DNA from: a virus | Lineage: Duplodnaviria > Caudoviricetes | IMG/VR virus record: IMGVR_UViG_3300043394_000122 | Coordinates: 2,423-66,422 of that record | DNA length: 64,000 nt | Strand: one strand, 5' to 3' | Shown here: positions 10,017 through 18,436 of the stretch, piece after piece | How the letters are laid out: every line of letters begins with the position of its first letter | Position numbering within the stretch: position 1 is the stretch's first letter | Notes under the pieces: generated by a model | Seen by the model: the letters and a program-made list of their open reading frames with translations, nothing else | What the model was told of the DNA's origin: nothing | Databases searched by the model: none | Made by a program: the position numbers and the translations under genes

Positions 10017-10436
10017 TCAGTTGGAGGACCGGATCAGCGCAGAAGTCGCGGTTGCTGCCGGAAGGTTGATTACGAACTTTGGGCCTGCGACTTTATCTGC
10101 CCCAAAATCCAGCACGGCGATGGACCGGTTGGCTTTGCTCGCGTTGTAGATGAGAGCGCAGCGGGCCGTAAAGGCGGCTGGATCCCACTCGGGGTTGTCG
10201 AAGGATACCCAGGCGGTGTACCCATCGGAGGACACAGTAACGCCGGTAACCGTTTTGCCACCTGCGACATATCCAGTGCCTACAACTTCGTTGTCAGTCG
10301 TGTACGCCGTAGTCGCCGCATTCAGGTTAGCGTTGGCGTCGTACAAAGCCAGCTTAAGCGTGTCGTTCGGCAGGTCATGGATGCCCTGGTATAGCTCGGC
10401 CTTGAAGCTGGTGGTCTGTGTCTGAACGATGCTCAT
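10017..10436 (-). CDS. Virion structural (tail) protein
   Basis: 139 aa, ATGA overlap with upstream gene; context only. Confidence 0.55.
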   Translation of the reverse strand: MSIVQTQTTSFKAELYQGIHDLPNDTLKLALYDANANLNAATTAYTTDNEVVGTGYVAGGKTVTGVTVSSDGYTAWVSFDNPEWDPAAFTARCALIYNASKANRSIAVLDFGADKVAGPKFVINLPAATATSALIRSSN

Positions 10437-11089
10437 CTGACGGGCGTCCTAACTTGGCCAGAACGATACGCGTCCTGACGCATCTTGCCATCACCCAGGT
10501 TCTTCAGCAGCGCAAGAGACTCAAGGTACAGCTTCTCGTACATCTGGATCACGTCAGCTTCACCCTTCTGGAAGCGGATCGCTTCAATCAACGCCCCGTT
10601 GAGCAGAGCGGAGTCGAAGTTATCACCCAGCCAAGAGCGGCCATCTGCCGCTACACTGATCGACTCAGGCAGGTAGAAGTAGTGCAGTTCCGCCAGCAGG
10701 TTGTCGCTAGGCGTGGGGCCAAGGATGAAGGTCAGTTCGTCCTCGTTGTCGCTGCGGGGGCCAAAGATCGCGTAGTACTTCGGCACACCAGTCGTGGCAG
10801 GATTAGGATACGCCTCACGAAGGAAGTTCACATCCTTGTTCAGCAGGTACACATACTCGCCCGTGGCCTTGATCACCGCCAGAGAAAACACCGAAAGGAA
10901 ATCCGCAGGGCACTGCAGGTATTTGTTTCCGCTGGTTAGGTTACCCGTGACGTTCTTACGTAGACTTGGAAGCTGAACAGTACTGAATATGCGCTGCTCT
11001 GCTTGTTTCGTGAAGAGCGCAAGCTGATCACTCGTGAAGGGGGCTTCACAAATGTCTTGAATTGCGTCCGTCAACTGGGTGTAATTCAT
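10433..11089 (-). CDS. Tail adaptor/tubular A-like protein
   Basis: 218 aa with helical ends (MNYTQL..AIQ; Y..LY..SL..L) and central beta region; podovirus adaptor-like layout. Confidence 0.5.
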   Translation of the reverse strand: MNYTQLTDAIQDICEAPFTSDQLALFTKQAEQRIFSTVQLPSLRKNVTGNLTSGNKYLQCPADFLSVFSLAVIKATGEYVYLLNKDVNFLREAYPNPATTGVPKYYAIFGPRSDNEDELTFILGPTPSDNLLAELHYFYLPESISVAADGRSWLGDNFDSALLNGALIEAIRFQKGEADVIQMYEKLYLESLALLKNLGDGKMRQDAYRSGQVRTPVR

Positions 11090-11095
11090 GGTGTT

Positions 11096-11389
11096 TTAGG
11101 CCATCGGCCCACGGGCCATCTTGCCTTTCGTCGCCGCACCAGTGCCACGCACTTGAATGCCGGAAGTCTTGGCTGCAGGAGGCTTGTTGCGGGAAATGCT
11201 ACCCACAGACATATTGACCTCATTGGCGCTGCCGCCCTTTTCCGTCTCGGCCAGGGCTTGCTTGGCACTGTAGGGCTTGGAACCCTTGTGCGGAGGTGCG
11301 TAGACGCTCGCAGGGCCGACTTCCTTGCCGCCCTTCTTCATGCTGAACTTCGCCATGTTAGCCTCGCTTCTGTGCAGCGATCTTGGCAA
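11096..11389 (-). CDS. Small basic hypothetical protein
   Basis: 97 aa, K/G-rich, KKGG near the N-terminus; ends GTGAATKGKMARGPMA. Confidence 0.7.
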   Translation of the reverse strand: MPRSLHRSEANMAKFSMKKGGKEVGPASVYAPPHKGSKPYSAKQALAETEKGGSANEVNMSVGSISRNKPPAAKTSGIQVRGTGAATKGKMARGPMA

Positions 11390-11501
11390 GGTTGCGGCCC
11401 ATCTTCTTCATGTCCGCATTCTTCTTGCCCACGCCCGTGCTCTTGCTGGGCTTGCCGCCCATCGGCGCGGGAACCATCTTGTCACCAGCCTTCGTTGCCA
11501 T
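11358..11501 (-). CDS. Small basic hypothetical protein (47 aa)
   Basis: GGAGAAAGC-ATG start at 11501: MATKAGDKMVPAPMGGKPSKSTG...; the longer ORF-track start is unlikely. Confidence 0.6.
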   Translation of the reverse strand: MATKAGDKMVPAPMGGKPSKSTGVGKKNADMKKMGRNLAKIAAQKRG

Positions 11502-11509
11502 GCTTTCTC

Positions 11510-11896
11510 CTAAGTCACCGACACGGTAACTGTACCAACATAAGTCGTTGCGACCAAGTAGTTGGGCGCATTCGACACTGCAGCATTCGCGCCGCCGACC
11601 GGGTTCCAGCCCCACTGGATGTCCCGAGAGCCACCTGATGGAAATCCGCCAGAATTAGTACCTGACGTAACGTACGTGGTGTCGTTTCGAGGATTTCGTA
11701 ACGCTTGCGGATCGTCCACCGGGAACATGCCCAACTGCAACTGCGGGTGATCTGGGGTCCAACACTCTTTACAAGCAAGTACGTTGTACCGCTTTGTCTT
11801 AAGTACTTGCTCTTTCAAGTCCTTTAGCTTAAACCGAAAACCACATACATCACATATCGCGATGGCTCGGGCACCTGCCGCAAAGCGATTACCCAT
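11510..11896 (-). CDS. Hypothetical protein with CxxC...CxxC Zn motif
   Basis: CDVCG...CKECW in a 128-aa ORF. Confidence 0.7.
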   Translation of the reverse strand: MGNRFAAGARAIAICDVCGFRFKLKDLKEQVLKTKRYNVLACKECWTPDHPQLQLGMFPVDDPQALRNPRNDTTYVTSGTNSGGFPSGGSRDIQWGWNPVGGANAAVSNAPNYLVATTYVGTVTVSVT

Positions 11897-12660
11897 TACG
11901 CAACCTCCACCCGGTTGCTTTTCTTAGAGTTCTCTATTCCTGGGATAACTTGTAGGTTAGTAGGAACGTGAAGCCCAGAAACTGTTTTACCACGTAACGG
12001 CAGGATGTGATCTACGTGCCAAGCAAAGCCAAACATTTTTTTACGTAAAGCTGCCAACTCGTACGCTTGTTCTATGATCCAAAGGTCGTCATCCGTAAGC
12101 CACGCAGGGGTACGCTGCATTTTTGCTAGCTGCCGTTGCCTAGTCCAAGCTAGTACACGACTTTTATTTTTCTGTCGCCACGCTTTGCTAAGCGCTCGAT
12201 CTTTATGGACACGTTTTAGCGCTGTTTTTTTAGCTATCTCTCTTACACGCTCTGGGTATTTAAGTCTGTATGCTTTAGCGTATGCGCGTTTCTTTGATAA
12301 AAGCGCGGCCTTATTTTTTTCTTTATACGCTAACGTTACAATTTTGGCGCATTCGCAACACCCGCGACTTGACACTAGTCTGTCAGCAACATGCCCTTGA
12401 GCGCACGGAAGCCCGGTAAAGTATGTTTTGGACCCGCTTAAAATAGCTTGCTGCAACGGAGAAAGCGGCTTAACGGGACGTTCCGCACGAATCGTTTCTC
12501 TTTTTTCTTGCTGCCACGCGTTTTTTCGTGCCTGTACAGTCGCGCGATTTTGCGCTACGTACGTTTTGTCCCGCGCGGCAACACACGCCTTACACTGCCG
12601 CCCCTTCTTTGGGAACAAAGTGTCTGGCTTCTCTATGCCGCACTTAGAGCATCGTAGCAT
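11896..12660 (-). CDS. Free-standing HNH homing endonuclease
   Basis: C-terminal WHVDHILPLRGKTVSGLHVPTNLQVIPGIENSKKSN; N-terminal CxxC fingers; visibly AT-richer than flanks; inserted between two intact late genes. Confidence 0.88.
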   Translation of the reverse strand: MLRCSKCGIEKPDTLFPKKGRQCKACVAARDKTYVAQNRATVQARKNAWQQEKRETIRAERPVKPLSPLQQAILSGSKTYFTGLPCAQGHVADRLVSSRGCCECAKIVTLAYKEKNKAALLSKKRAYAKAYRLKYPERVREIAKKTALKRVHKDRALSKAWRQKNKSRVLAWTRQRQLAKMQRTPAWLTDDDLWIIEQAYELAALRKKMFGFAWHVDHILPLRGKTVSGLHVPTNLQVIPGIENSKKSNRVEVA

Positions 12661-12668
12661 TTTTAGAC

Positions 12669-13361
12669 TTACGAAATAAATTGCTGGCGTGGAACCATTC
12701 TGATCGCCGCTTTTTCTCGATCTTCGTCTGCGGCGAGGCCAAAATCTGCATCGTACTGCGCTTTCAGTACTTGCATGCGCTCCAGCGCACCGGGGATCTT
12801 CATGGATAGGTAGTACGCCAGCCCAGACACCATGCAGGGGATAAAGCGGAACGGCACATCCATCGTGTTCGCGCCATCACCTGCGTCTTGGATCCTGCGC
12901 AGGTACCAGTACACAAAAGTGTACGTTGTCGTGTTGTCGGGCACCGGCCACACCGTGATCGTCGGCGTGGGGCTTTGGCGGTTGATGTAGACCTGAATCG
13001 GGCGTGCTTGTGTCAGCTTGTTGGGGATTGTGGCGTAGGTGGATACGCTGATTCGTGTGATGCTCAGATCAGCCTGAGTAGATGCCGAACCAGCGCCAGT
13101 ACGGATAACATGCTCAAGCAAATCGACAGTATCGTTAGGAAGATTATAAGTAGCCGTTCCAGCAACGAGAGGAATAGATCCTTGAGCCACAGTCCACAGA
13201 TTGATGCCTTGGTTGGCCCATGAAGCAAAAAGTAGATTAAGCGAAATTCTTGCAGTGCGCAAATCCCAGCCTGTGCGCAACTCTGCGCCGCATCTGGCAA
13301 ACGCTTCCTCAACAATGTCTCCTAGATCCATGTTGAAAGTGGTGGTGCCCGATGTCGTCAT
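12669..13361 (-). CDS. Head-tail connector/adaptor (P22 gp4-like)
   Basis: 230 aa, MTTSGTTTF...EEAF.RCG...ARISLNLL; podovirus adaptor-type layout and position. Confidence 0.55.
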   Translation of the reverse strand: MTTSGTTTFNMDLGDIVEEAFARCGAELRTGWDLRTARISLNLLFASWANQGINLWTVAQGSIPLVAGTATYNLPNDTVDLLEHVIRTGAGSASTQADLSITRISVSTYATIPNKLTQARPIQVYINRQSPTPTITVWPVPDNTTTYTFVYWYLRRIQDAGDGANTMDVPFRFIPCMVSGLAYYLSMKIPGALERMQVLKAQYDADFGLAADEDREKAAIRMVPRQQFIS

Positions 13362-13364
13362 GGT

Positions 13365-13556
13365 TTACTTCTTCGCCGTTTTGGCCGACTGGATGAATGC
13401 CTGCTCAGTGGGAGCGCCGGGGACACCGGGCTTGCGCATCTTCTCACCGCGCTTACGCTTCGCATGGATGTTGGCGTAAAGGCCAACACTTCCGCCTTTT
13501 TTCAACGCGGCAATCTTAGTGGGGGACATGGCCCCCATGCCCCGGCTGGCTCTCAT
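13365..13556 (-). CDS. Small basic hypothetical protein
   Basis: 63 aa, KKGG motif, ATGA-coupled. Confidence 0.65.
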   Translation of the reverse strand: MRASRGMGAMSPTKIAALKKGGSVGLYANIHAKRKRGEKMRKPGVPGAPTEQAFIQSAKTAKK

Positions 13557-13852
13557 CGCATCGTGCCTTTGGTCTTGCCCTTCGTGGCACAGCCGTCCGC
13601 ACGGGTCACGCCGCCCTTGGCGTACTTCTTGACGCAGCCGCCCTTCTTGAACTCGGGGTTGGGCATCGCACGGTCATAGGCAGCGCCCATGCGCTCACGC
13701 TCACGCTCACGGCGGGCTTCCTCGACGGCAGCGCGAATTCGCGCGTCAGCAGGATTCTCTTCCCGCGCCATCGGCGGGTTCACTCGACCACGGCCAGCGC
13801 CAGCATCAGAGGTGCTGCGACCGCGCAGCATGTTCATCAGACGTTCTTTCAT
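13553..13852 (-). CDS. Small basic hypothetical protein (paralogous C-terminus with 13849-14145)
   Basis: Ends KKYAKGGVTRADGCATKGKTKGTMR. Confidence 0.7.
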   Translation of the reverse strand: MKERLMNMLRGRSTSDAGAGRGRVNPPMAREENPADARIRAAVEEARRERERERMGAAYDRAMPNPEFKKGGCVKKYAKGGVTRADGCATKGKTKGTMR

Positions 13853-14145
13853 CGCATCGTCCCTTTCGTCTTGCCCTTCATGGCGCAGCCGTCGAGTTTG
13901 CCGCCCTTAGCAAGCTTGGTCAGAGGCTTGCCCTTATGCATCGCTTTTTCATGAGCATGCACAGCCTTCTTCACCATCGCCTTGTCCTGGGCGGTGTCTT
14001 CATGCTTTTTCACATTGCCTCCTTCGGATTTGTGTTGAATGAACTTGTCAGCAACCTTCTTGCTGATGCCCGTCTTCTTTGCCACAGCCGGGTTGTTGGC
14101 TATGGCGTACATGAGCTTGCGTTGGGCGTCAGACTTGAAAGTCAT
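13849..14145 (-). CDS. Small basic hypothetical protein
   Basis: Ends KLAKGGKLDGCAMKGKTKGTMR. Confidence 0.7.
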   Translation of the reverse strand: MTFKSDAQRKLMYAIANNPAVAKKTGISKKVADKFIQHKSEGGNVKKHEDTAQDKAMVKKAVHAHEKAMHKGKPLTKLAKGGKLDGCAMKGKTKGTMR

Positions 14146-14146
14146 C

Positions 14147-14410
14147 TCAGTCCCCTTCCGCAGTGCGATCTACGGCTCTGCGGCCGCCAATCATGGCATC
14201 TAGCTTGCGCTCAAGACGGTCGAAGCGGTCCATCAACTGTGCCATGTCTGCACGAAACTCGGCGCGAGTGATGTGATCACGCGCTACCTCTTCCCTCGTC
14301 TTGTTCAGGAGAATGCTCAGACGGTCGAGTTCAGCGAATTTAGTCGCCATGATATATGCGACAACGCCCAACAAGACCGTCAGGATAGTATTCCAGATGA
14401 CTGACTCCAC
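14147..14410 (-). CDS. Small membrane-anchored coiled-coil protein
   Basis: N-terminal TM (IWNTILTVLLGVVAYIM) followed by heptad-like helix. Confidence 0.65.
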   Translation of the reverse strand: MESVIWNTILTVLLGVVAYIMATKFAELDRLSILLNKTREEVARDHITRAEFRADMAQLMDRFDRLERKLDAMIGGRRAVDRTAEGD

Positions 14411-14419
14411 GCATCACCT

Positions 14420-14674
14420 CTAGCAGTCCCACGCCCGTAGGCTTTTATTGATACGGCTGTTAGGGTCATTAGCTGTCTCTTTTGAAGTCAGCTTTTTCTT
14501 CATGCCTTTCATGCGGGCACAAAATGAATCCCTACGCGGCCCACCTTCAGGTTGGGGGGCTTTAAGCCCTGGCTTGCCCGGATTGGCACGGTTGTAGGAG
14601 GCGCGACCTTTGGCGTTCAAGCCGCCAGATTCAGCCTTGCCTTCTTTCCGCTGCCAAGCCGGGGACTTAGCCAT
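14420..14674 (-). CDS. Conserved phage protein (DUF6321-like)
   Basis: Start MAKSPAWQRKEGK at 14674; GGLN.KGR.SY...LKAP...RR.SFCARM.GM...INKSLR.W.C signature, recalled and not searched. Confidence 0.65.
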   Translation of the reverse strand: MAKSPAWQRKEGKAESGGLNAKGRASYNRANPGKPGLKAPQPEGGPRRDSFCARMKGMKKKLTSKETANDPNSRINKSLRAWDC

Positions 14675-15128
14675 TCTGCGCCTCCACAGGTGCTTCAGGA
14701 AACCACGCCGGATCATACGGCTCAACGGTGAAACCTTCCACCCCGGCCATCAGCGCGTCGTCTGGCTTAGGGAACACCCAGGTGCCTTGTACCGTCTGCA
14801 GCGCCTCGGCCCAGGCGGTGGTGTAGCCTTGCTTGGTTTCCTTGATGCCCGAGGCGGCGTTGACCCCGAACACAGGGAACCGCCTGTTGCTGGCCTCGTA
14901 CTGCACTGCGTCTTCGGGCGTGACTTCCGCGATGGGCACTTCCTGCCCCGTCGTCACATCCAGCAAGTCAGGCGACTGCACGCTGGAAACCATGTTGGCG
15001 TAGATCACCTCCAGCGCCTGCCCAGCTTCGAACTCATCGGGGAAAACAAGGTAAGCATTAGGCGCAACGGGTGAGGCGCTCGGTGCGTCGGTAACAAACG
15101 GTTCCGGGGTCAAGACAGGTTGGTTCAT
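14667..15128 (-). CDS. Acidic hypothetical protein, possible fibre chaperone
   Basis: 153 aa, acidic, directly downstream of the lectin-like fibre gene. Confidence 0.55.
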   Translation of the reverse strand: MNQPVLTPEPFVTDAPSASPVAPNAYLVFPDEFEAGQALEVIYANMVSSVQSPDLLDVTTGQEVPIAEVTPEDAVQYEASNRRFPVFGVNAASGIKETKQGYTTAWAEALQTVQGTWVFPKPDDALMAGVEGFTVEPYDPAWFPEAPVEAQNG

Positions 15129-15130
15129 CG

Positions 15131-16459
15131 TTACACCGTTGGCGGCACGTTTTTAAAGGGGTGATCAGCGGGCAACGTGTTGGCCGCGCCAGAGCCCCAC
15201 CACTTGTGGGCCAAGTAACCTTCGATCCGCTGGCGGTCGGCATTCGACACAGCCGATGGAAGCATGACAATCTCCGCGACTGGGCCGCGCCAGTTCTGAT
15301 TGCTCGCTGTATTGGAGGCACCCAAGTCGTACCCCGTCGCCGCCCCCATGGTGCCCACCTTGTTGTTTTGCGCCACACCGTCTACCCACGGCGCGGCTTG
15401 GGCGCCTGCATTGACGACGGCAAGAACTTTGTTCGTGGCAACAGACGCCGCTGGAGTGTTGGCGAGAAAGTCGTTCCAGCCTGCGTGAAACGATCCGTCG
15501 CCGAAGAACGTCGCGAAGTCGCCCCCCAAGCTGCCAATGAAGCCGTGCGAGCTGGCCGTTGCGAAGCGGTGCATTCGCATCATGGCGCGATACTCGCCAG
15601 CGCTTGACCCCGGGCTGGAAGCCACCGCGAAGAGGCTGACCGGGTCATCAATCGGCATGTTGGCATTGCTCAACATCTGACCGACGCCGAAATCCAGCGC
15701 CGGCAAGCCGTTGATGCCCGTTGCCACTGTGAAGGCAGTCGCCTCCGTGCGCTGGTAGGTGTCTGGCGTGGTTCCCGGGTTGAGCTGCGTGCCCCAAACA
15801 TGGACGGCTACAGGCCCTCCGGTCGTGCAGTTCAACAGGAATCCGCCGCGGCCACTGCTGTCCAACGTGAACGGGTTGTTCACCGTCACGCCCGGAGTGG
15901 TGGCGGTGATTCGCACCCAGGCGTCTGGTAGCTGGGACAAGTCAATATCCCAACGGCCGTTCGTGATCCCGTTGATCGGGTTCTGGACACTGACGATGCC
16001 GCTGGTGCTGATGCGCTTGAGGTAGACGGTGGGCGTGTATGCCGCACCGGCTGTCCCGCGCGTGGTGGTGAAGTAATCGGCGTTGTAGAAGTCGTTGAGG
16101 CCGCTGGGAGACAGGCCAGACACACGATCGGCGGTCAACGTGCCGTCTGGTGCAATGGCGTCGTTTGGTGTGACCACACAAGTCCCGCGCTTGACCCATG
16201 CGCTGTGCGTCAAGTCTTCGCTCCACAGCAGCAGGTTTCGCCCGCGACCCCAAGCTGGCTGATTCGCGGCCGTCGCCTGCACTGCATGCCGCCCGTTGCC
16301 AGACTTGTCAGACCACTGGCTGACGGTGGAGCCGTTGAGGACGATGGTGCTGGCGTCGGCGGCGTCGAGCCACATGGCCGGCGCGAGCTGCGCTGGAGTC
16401 CAGTAACCCCCACGCGAGCCGCGAGAGATTGCCGTCAGCCGAGTGCCGCGCAGCCTCAC
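15131..16459 (-). CDS. LamG/lectin-like fibre or spike protein with nested CBM-like domain
   Basis: WLDAADAST...VSQWSDKSGNGRHAVQ...QP, then an insert beginning RNLLLWSEDL, then GINGLPALDF...GPVAEIV...IEGYLAHKW. Confidence 0.6.
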   Translation of the reverse strand: MRLRGTRLTAISRGSRGGYWTPAQLAPAMWLDAADASTIVLNGSTVSQWSDKSGNGRHAVQATAANQPAWGRGRNLLLWSEDLTHSAWVKRGTCVVTPNDAIAPDGTLTADRVSGLSPSGLNDFYNADYFTTTRGTAGAAYTPTVYLKRISTSGIVSVQNPINGITNGRWDIDLSQLPDAWVRITATTPGVTVNNPFTLDSSGRGGFLLNCTTGGPVAVHVWGTQLNPGTTPDTYQRTEATAFTVATGINGLPALDFGVGQMLSNANMPIDDPVSLFAVASSPGSSAGEYRAMMRMHRFATASSHGFIGSLGGDFATFFGDGSFHAGWNDFLANTPAASVATNKVLAVVNAGAQAAPWVDGVAQNNKVGTMGAATGYDLGASNTASNQNWRGPVAEIVMLPSAVSNADRQRIEGYLAHKWWGSGAANTLPADHPFKNVPPTV

Positions 16460-16944
16460 GACAACTCCGTCACCTCAAGCACCCCATCCACCGACCCCGC
16501 ACGGATCACGGCGATGTTCGGCGTGGCAGGCACGTCGATGTCCAACCGCTCACCCAGCGCAATGAAGTGGCTGGTGGTCGCACTCGCAGTTTGGCTCGTG
16601 CTGCCCACAGCGTAGCGAATATCCGCAGTCCTGGCGTAGATGCTGATGCGCCGCACCGTAGAGGTCAACGCCGTGTTGGCGCTCGCCACACCCGCAGCAA
16701 GCTGTCGGGCCACACCAGGGACACCAAGCGGCTCCACCGGAATGCGGTCGTTCAACTGCGCAGGCAGTTTACCGTTGATGGCCGTCAGCGTAGCGTTGGC
16801 AGTGGTTTGCCCCGCTGCCGTAGCCGCAGCGTACGGGTCGCCAGTAGCCGGATCACTCAGCGCAACAAACGCCGCCCCGTTCTTCGCTTTCCACAGCGAG
16901 GATCTGCCAGTGAGCAGATCAATAAGAGGTGCAAACCCACTCAT
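16456..16944 (-). CDS. Hypothetical virion protein
   Basis: 162 aa; GTGA overlap with the downstream gene; head module. Confidence 0.6.
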   Translation of the reverse strand: MSGFAPLIDLLTGRSSLWKAKNGAAFVALSDPATGDPYAAATAAGQTTANATLTAINGKLPAQLNDRIPVEPLGVPGVARQLAAGVASANTALTSTVRRISIYARTADIRYAVGSTSQTASATTSHFIALGERLDIDVPATPNIAVIRAGSVDGVLEVTELS

Positions 16945-16956
16945 AGGGCACCTCCG

Positions 16957-17274
16957 TTAGGCCGGGGTGATGGTCGTGGAACCGTCCGCCGTGTCGATCC
17001 ACGTCGAAACATCCGTCGCGCCTTGGGCAACATAGATGGTCTTGGTGGTGGTGTTGTAGACCGCCTTGTTGGCAACCTTGCCGGTGGTGTTGATGGCGTT
17101 AGCCTTGGCACCCAGCGCAGCAGACGTGCTGGTCGGCAGTACGAGAGAGGTCGCCGTAACCGCACCACTCACCGCAGACGCCGTGCCAGTAACATCGCCA
17201 GTGACATTACCCGTGACATTGCCTTCGAAGCCGTTGTCGGACTTGACAGGACCAGAAAAAGTCGTACGACTCAT
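16957..17274 (-). CDS. Putative head fibre/decoration protein
   Basis: 105 aa, MSRTTFSGPVKSDNGFEG with G-x-V-T repeats; first gene after the capsid/HEG block. Confidence 0.55.
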   Translation of the reverse strand: MSRTTFSGPVKSDNGFEGNVTGNVTGDVTGTASAVSGAVTATSLVLPTSTSAALGAKANAINTTGKVANKAVYNTTTKTIYVAQGATDVSTWIDTADGSTTITPA

Positions 17275-17290
17275 GGTAAACCCTCAGTTT

Positions 17291-17338
17291 GCACCTGTTG
17301 TCTGTGAGGATCAGTCCGCCGAGTCGGTCAACAGGCTG
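17291..17338 (-). ncRNA. Structured RNA element, possibly Mu-gpT-DE-like
   Basis: Minus strand GCCTGTTG-ACCGACTCGGCGGACTGATCCTCACAGA-CAACAGGT: perfect 7-bp closing stem in an intergenic gap downstream of a Mu-gpT-type capsid gene. Family identity recalled from location, not verified. Confidence 0.45.
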
Positions 17339-17361
17339 GGTGAAATCTCGGACTTGGAAGG

Positions 17362-17390
17362 GTTATAGCACAGGCGCAGTCTCATGCCAA
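17362..17390 (-). promoter_or_regulatory. Sigma70-like promoter upstream of the structured element and 105-aa gene
   Basis: TTGGCA-17 bp-TATAAC with extended TG; the -35 box lies in the last codons of the GIY-YIG gene. Confidence 0.55.
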
Positions 17391-18302
17391 GCCCGCTTTG
17401 CGACAAGCAATGCACGTTCCTTTTGTGAGACGCGGGCTGATGTGTCCGTGACTGCAGGGAAGTCCCGTGAAGTACTCCTTAGCCCCTTCTGCCTTGGCCT
17501 GTTGGCGCGTGCGTGGCAGATGCTTGTATTCGTCAGGAATCACTGGATCCTGCGGGACTTCCTTGAACTCATCTGCGTAGGCAAAGAACCATCCTTCAAG
17601 TTTTCCTTTTGCTAACTTCTTACCTTCTTTACAACACCGTACAAGCATGGTGTACGGTACGCCTAGTTCTTCTGCGGCAGGAGTGAATCCTTTGTAATGG
17701 TGTTGCACGCCGTCAGGAGACACGCCAACCAACGGGCGCATCATCTTTTCTTTAGCCTTTTCGGTGTGGGATTTGCCTTCCCAGTGGCTGTAGCTGCCCG
17801 CAGCGGCTGCAGCACGTATCTTTGCCATGCCTGCTTGACTAACCTTGCGTCCAGGGGCTTTTGGTTTGCCGCGTTGCGTATCGCTTATTTTCTGCCGTAC
17901 TTCTTCACTGACAGTTTTGCCATACCTAAAGTGGTCTGCTCCTGCGGCTTTGCCTTTCCTGTTAATACTAATTAGCGTCTTGCTTTCCTCAGAAAGTTTC
18001 ACGCCTAGACGCGGCGCTGTAGCAAGTGTGTTGACGTTGTAACAGTCCTTTTGACCCACATGCGCACGTAACCACCTATCTTCAAACACTAGCTGGTCTT
18101 CGCTTTCAGGCACTTCTTCAATGATGTCAAAAACGAATGCCGACTCGCCGTACTTATTCCATGCGGCCTGCAGTATTGGATTCTTGTGCTTGTTGCTTCT
18201 AAGCGCATAAACGTGCTGCGCTTTTCGACGATCAAAGCAGTCTGTGCTTCCGATGTAGTACTTACCGTTTGCTGCGTTGGTAATACGGTAGATGACAGCC
18301 AT
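17382..18302 (-). CDS. GIY-YIG homing endonuclease with NUMOD3-like repeats
   Basis: VIYRITNAANGKYYIGST...RRKAQH...E...YN; repeats such as KLSEESK.LIS, KTVSEEVRQKIS, SHTEKAKEKM; C-terminal YFTGLPC..GH Zn module; AAGGAG RBS. Confidence 0.92.
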   Translation of the reverse strand: MAVIYRITNAANGKYYIGSTDCFDRRKAQHVYALRSNKHKNPILQAAWNKYGESAFVFDIIEEVPESEDQLVFEDRWLRAHVGQKDCYNVNTLATAPRLGVKLSEESKTLISINRKGKAAGADHFRYGKTVSEEVRQKISDTQRGKPKAPGRKVSQAGMAKIRAAAAAGSYSHWEGKSHTEKAKEKMMRPLVGVSPDGVQHHYKGFTPAAEELGVPYTMLVRCCKEGKKLAKGKLEGWFFAYADEFKEVPQDPVIPDEYKHLPRTRQQAKAEGAKEYFTGLPCSHGHISPRLTKGTCIACRKAGLA

Positions 18303-18329
18303 GACTAGCTCCTTGGTTGGTACGCTTCG

Positions 18330-18358
18330 ATACTAAGCCACTGAAGGAGGCTTGTCAA
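18330..18358 (-). promoter_or_regulatory. Sigma70-like promoter for the GIY-YIG gene
   Basis: TTGACA-17 bp-TAGTAT, 28 nt upstream of the ATG. Confidence 0.65.
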
Positions 18359-18389
18359 GGGTTCCAGAGCTTTATATTTTTAAGCGCGT

Positions 18390-18414
18390 AAAAAAGCCCA
18401 CCGAAGTGGGCTTT
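18390..18414 (-). terminator. Intrinsic terminator after the major capsid gene
   Basis: AAAGCCCAC-TTCG-GTGGGCTTT-TTT on the minus strand (cUUCGg loop plus U-tract). Confidence 0.85.
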
Positions 18415-18436
18415 ACTGTAGTGTTAACTACGTAGT

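Noticed and set aside
11896-12660. HNH gene as part of an intron
   Set aside because: Both flanking genes look complete and abut the ORF with 8 nt or less of spacer, leaving no room for intron RNA structure.
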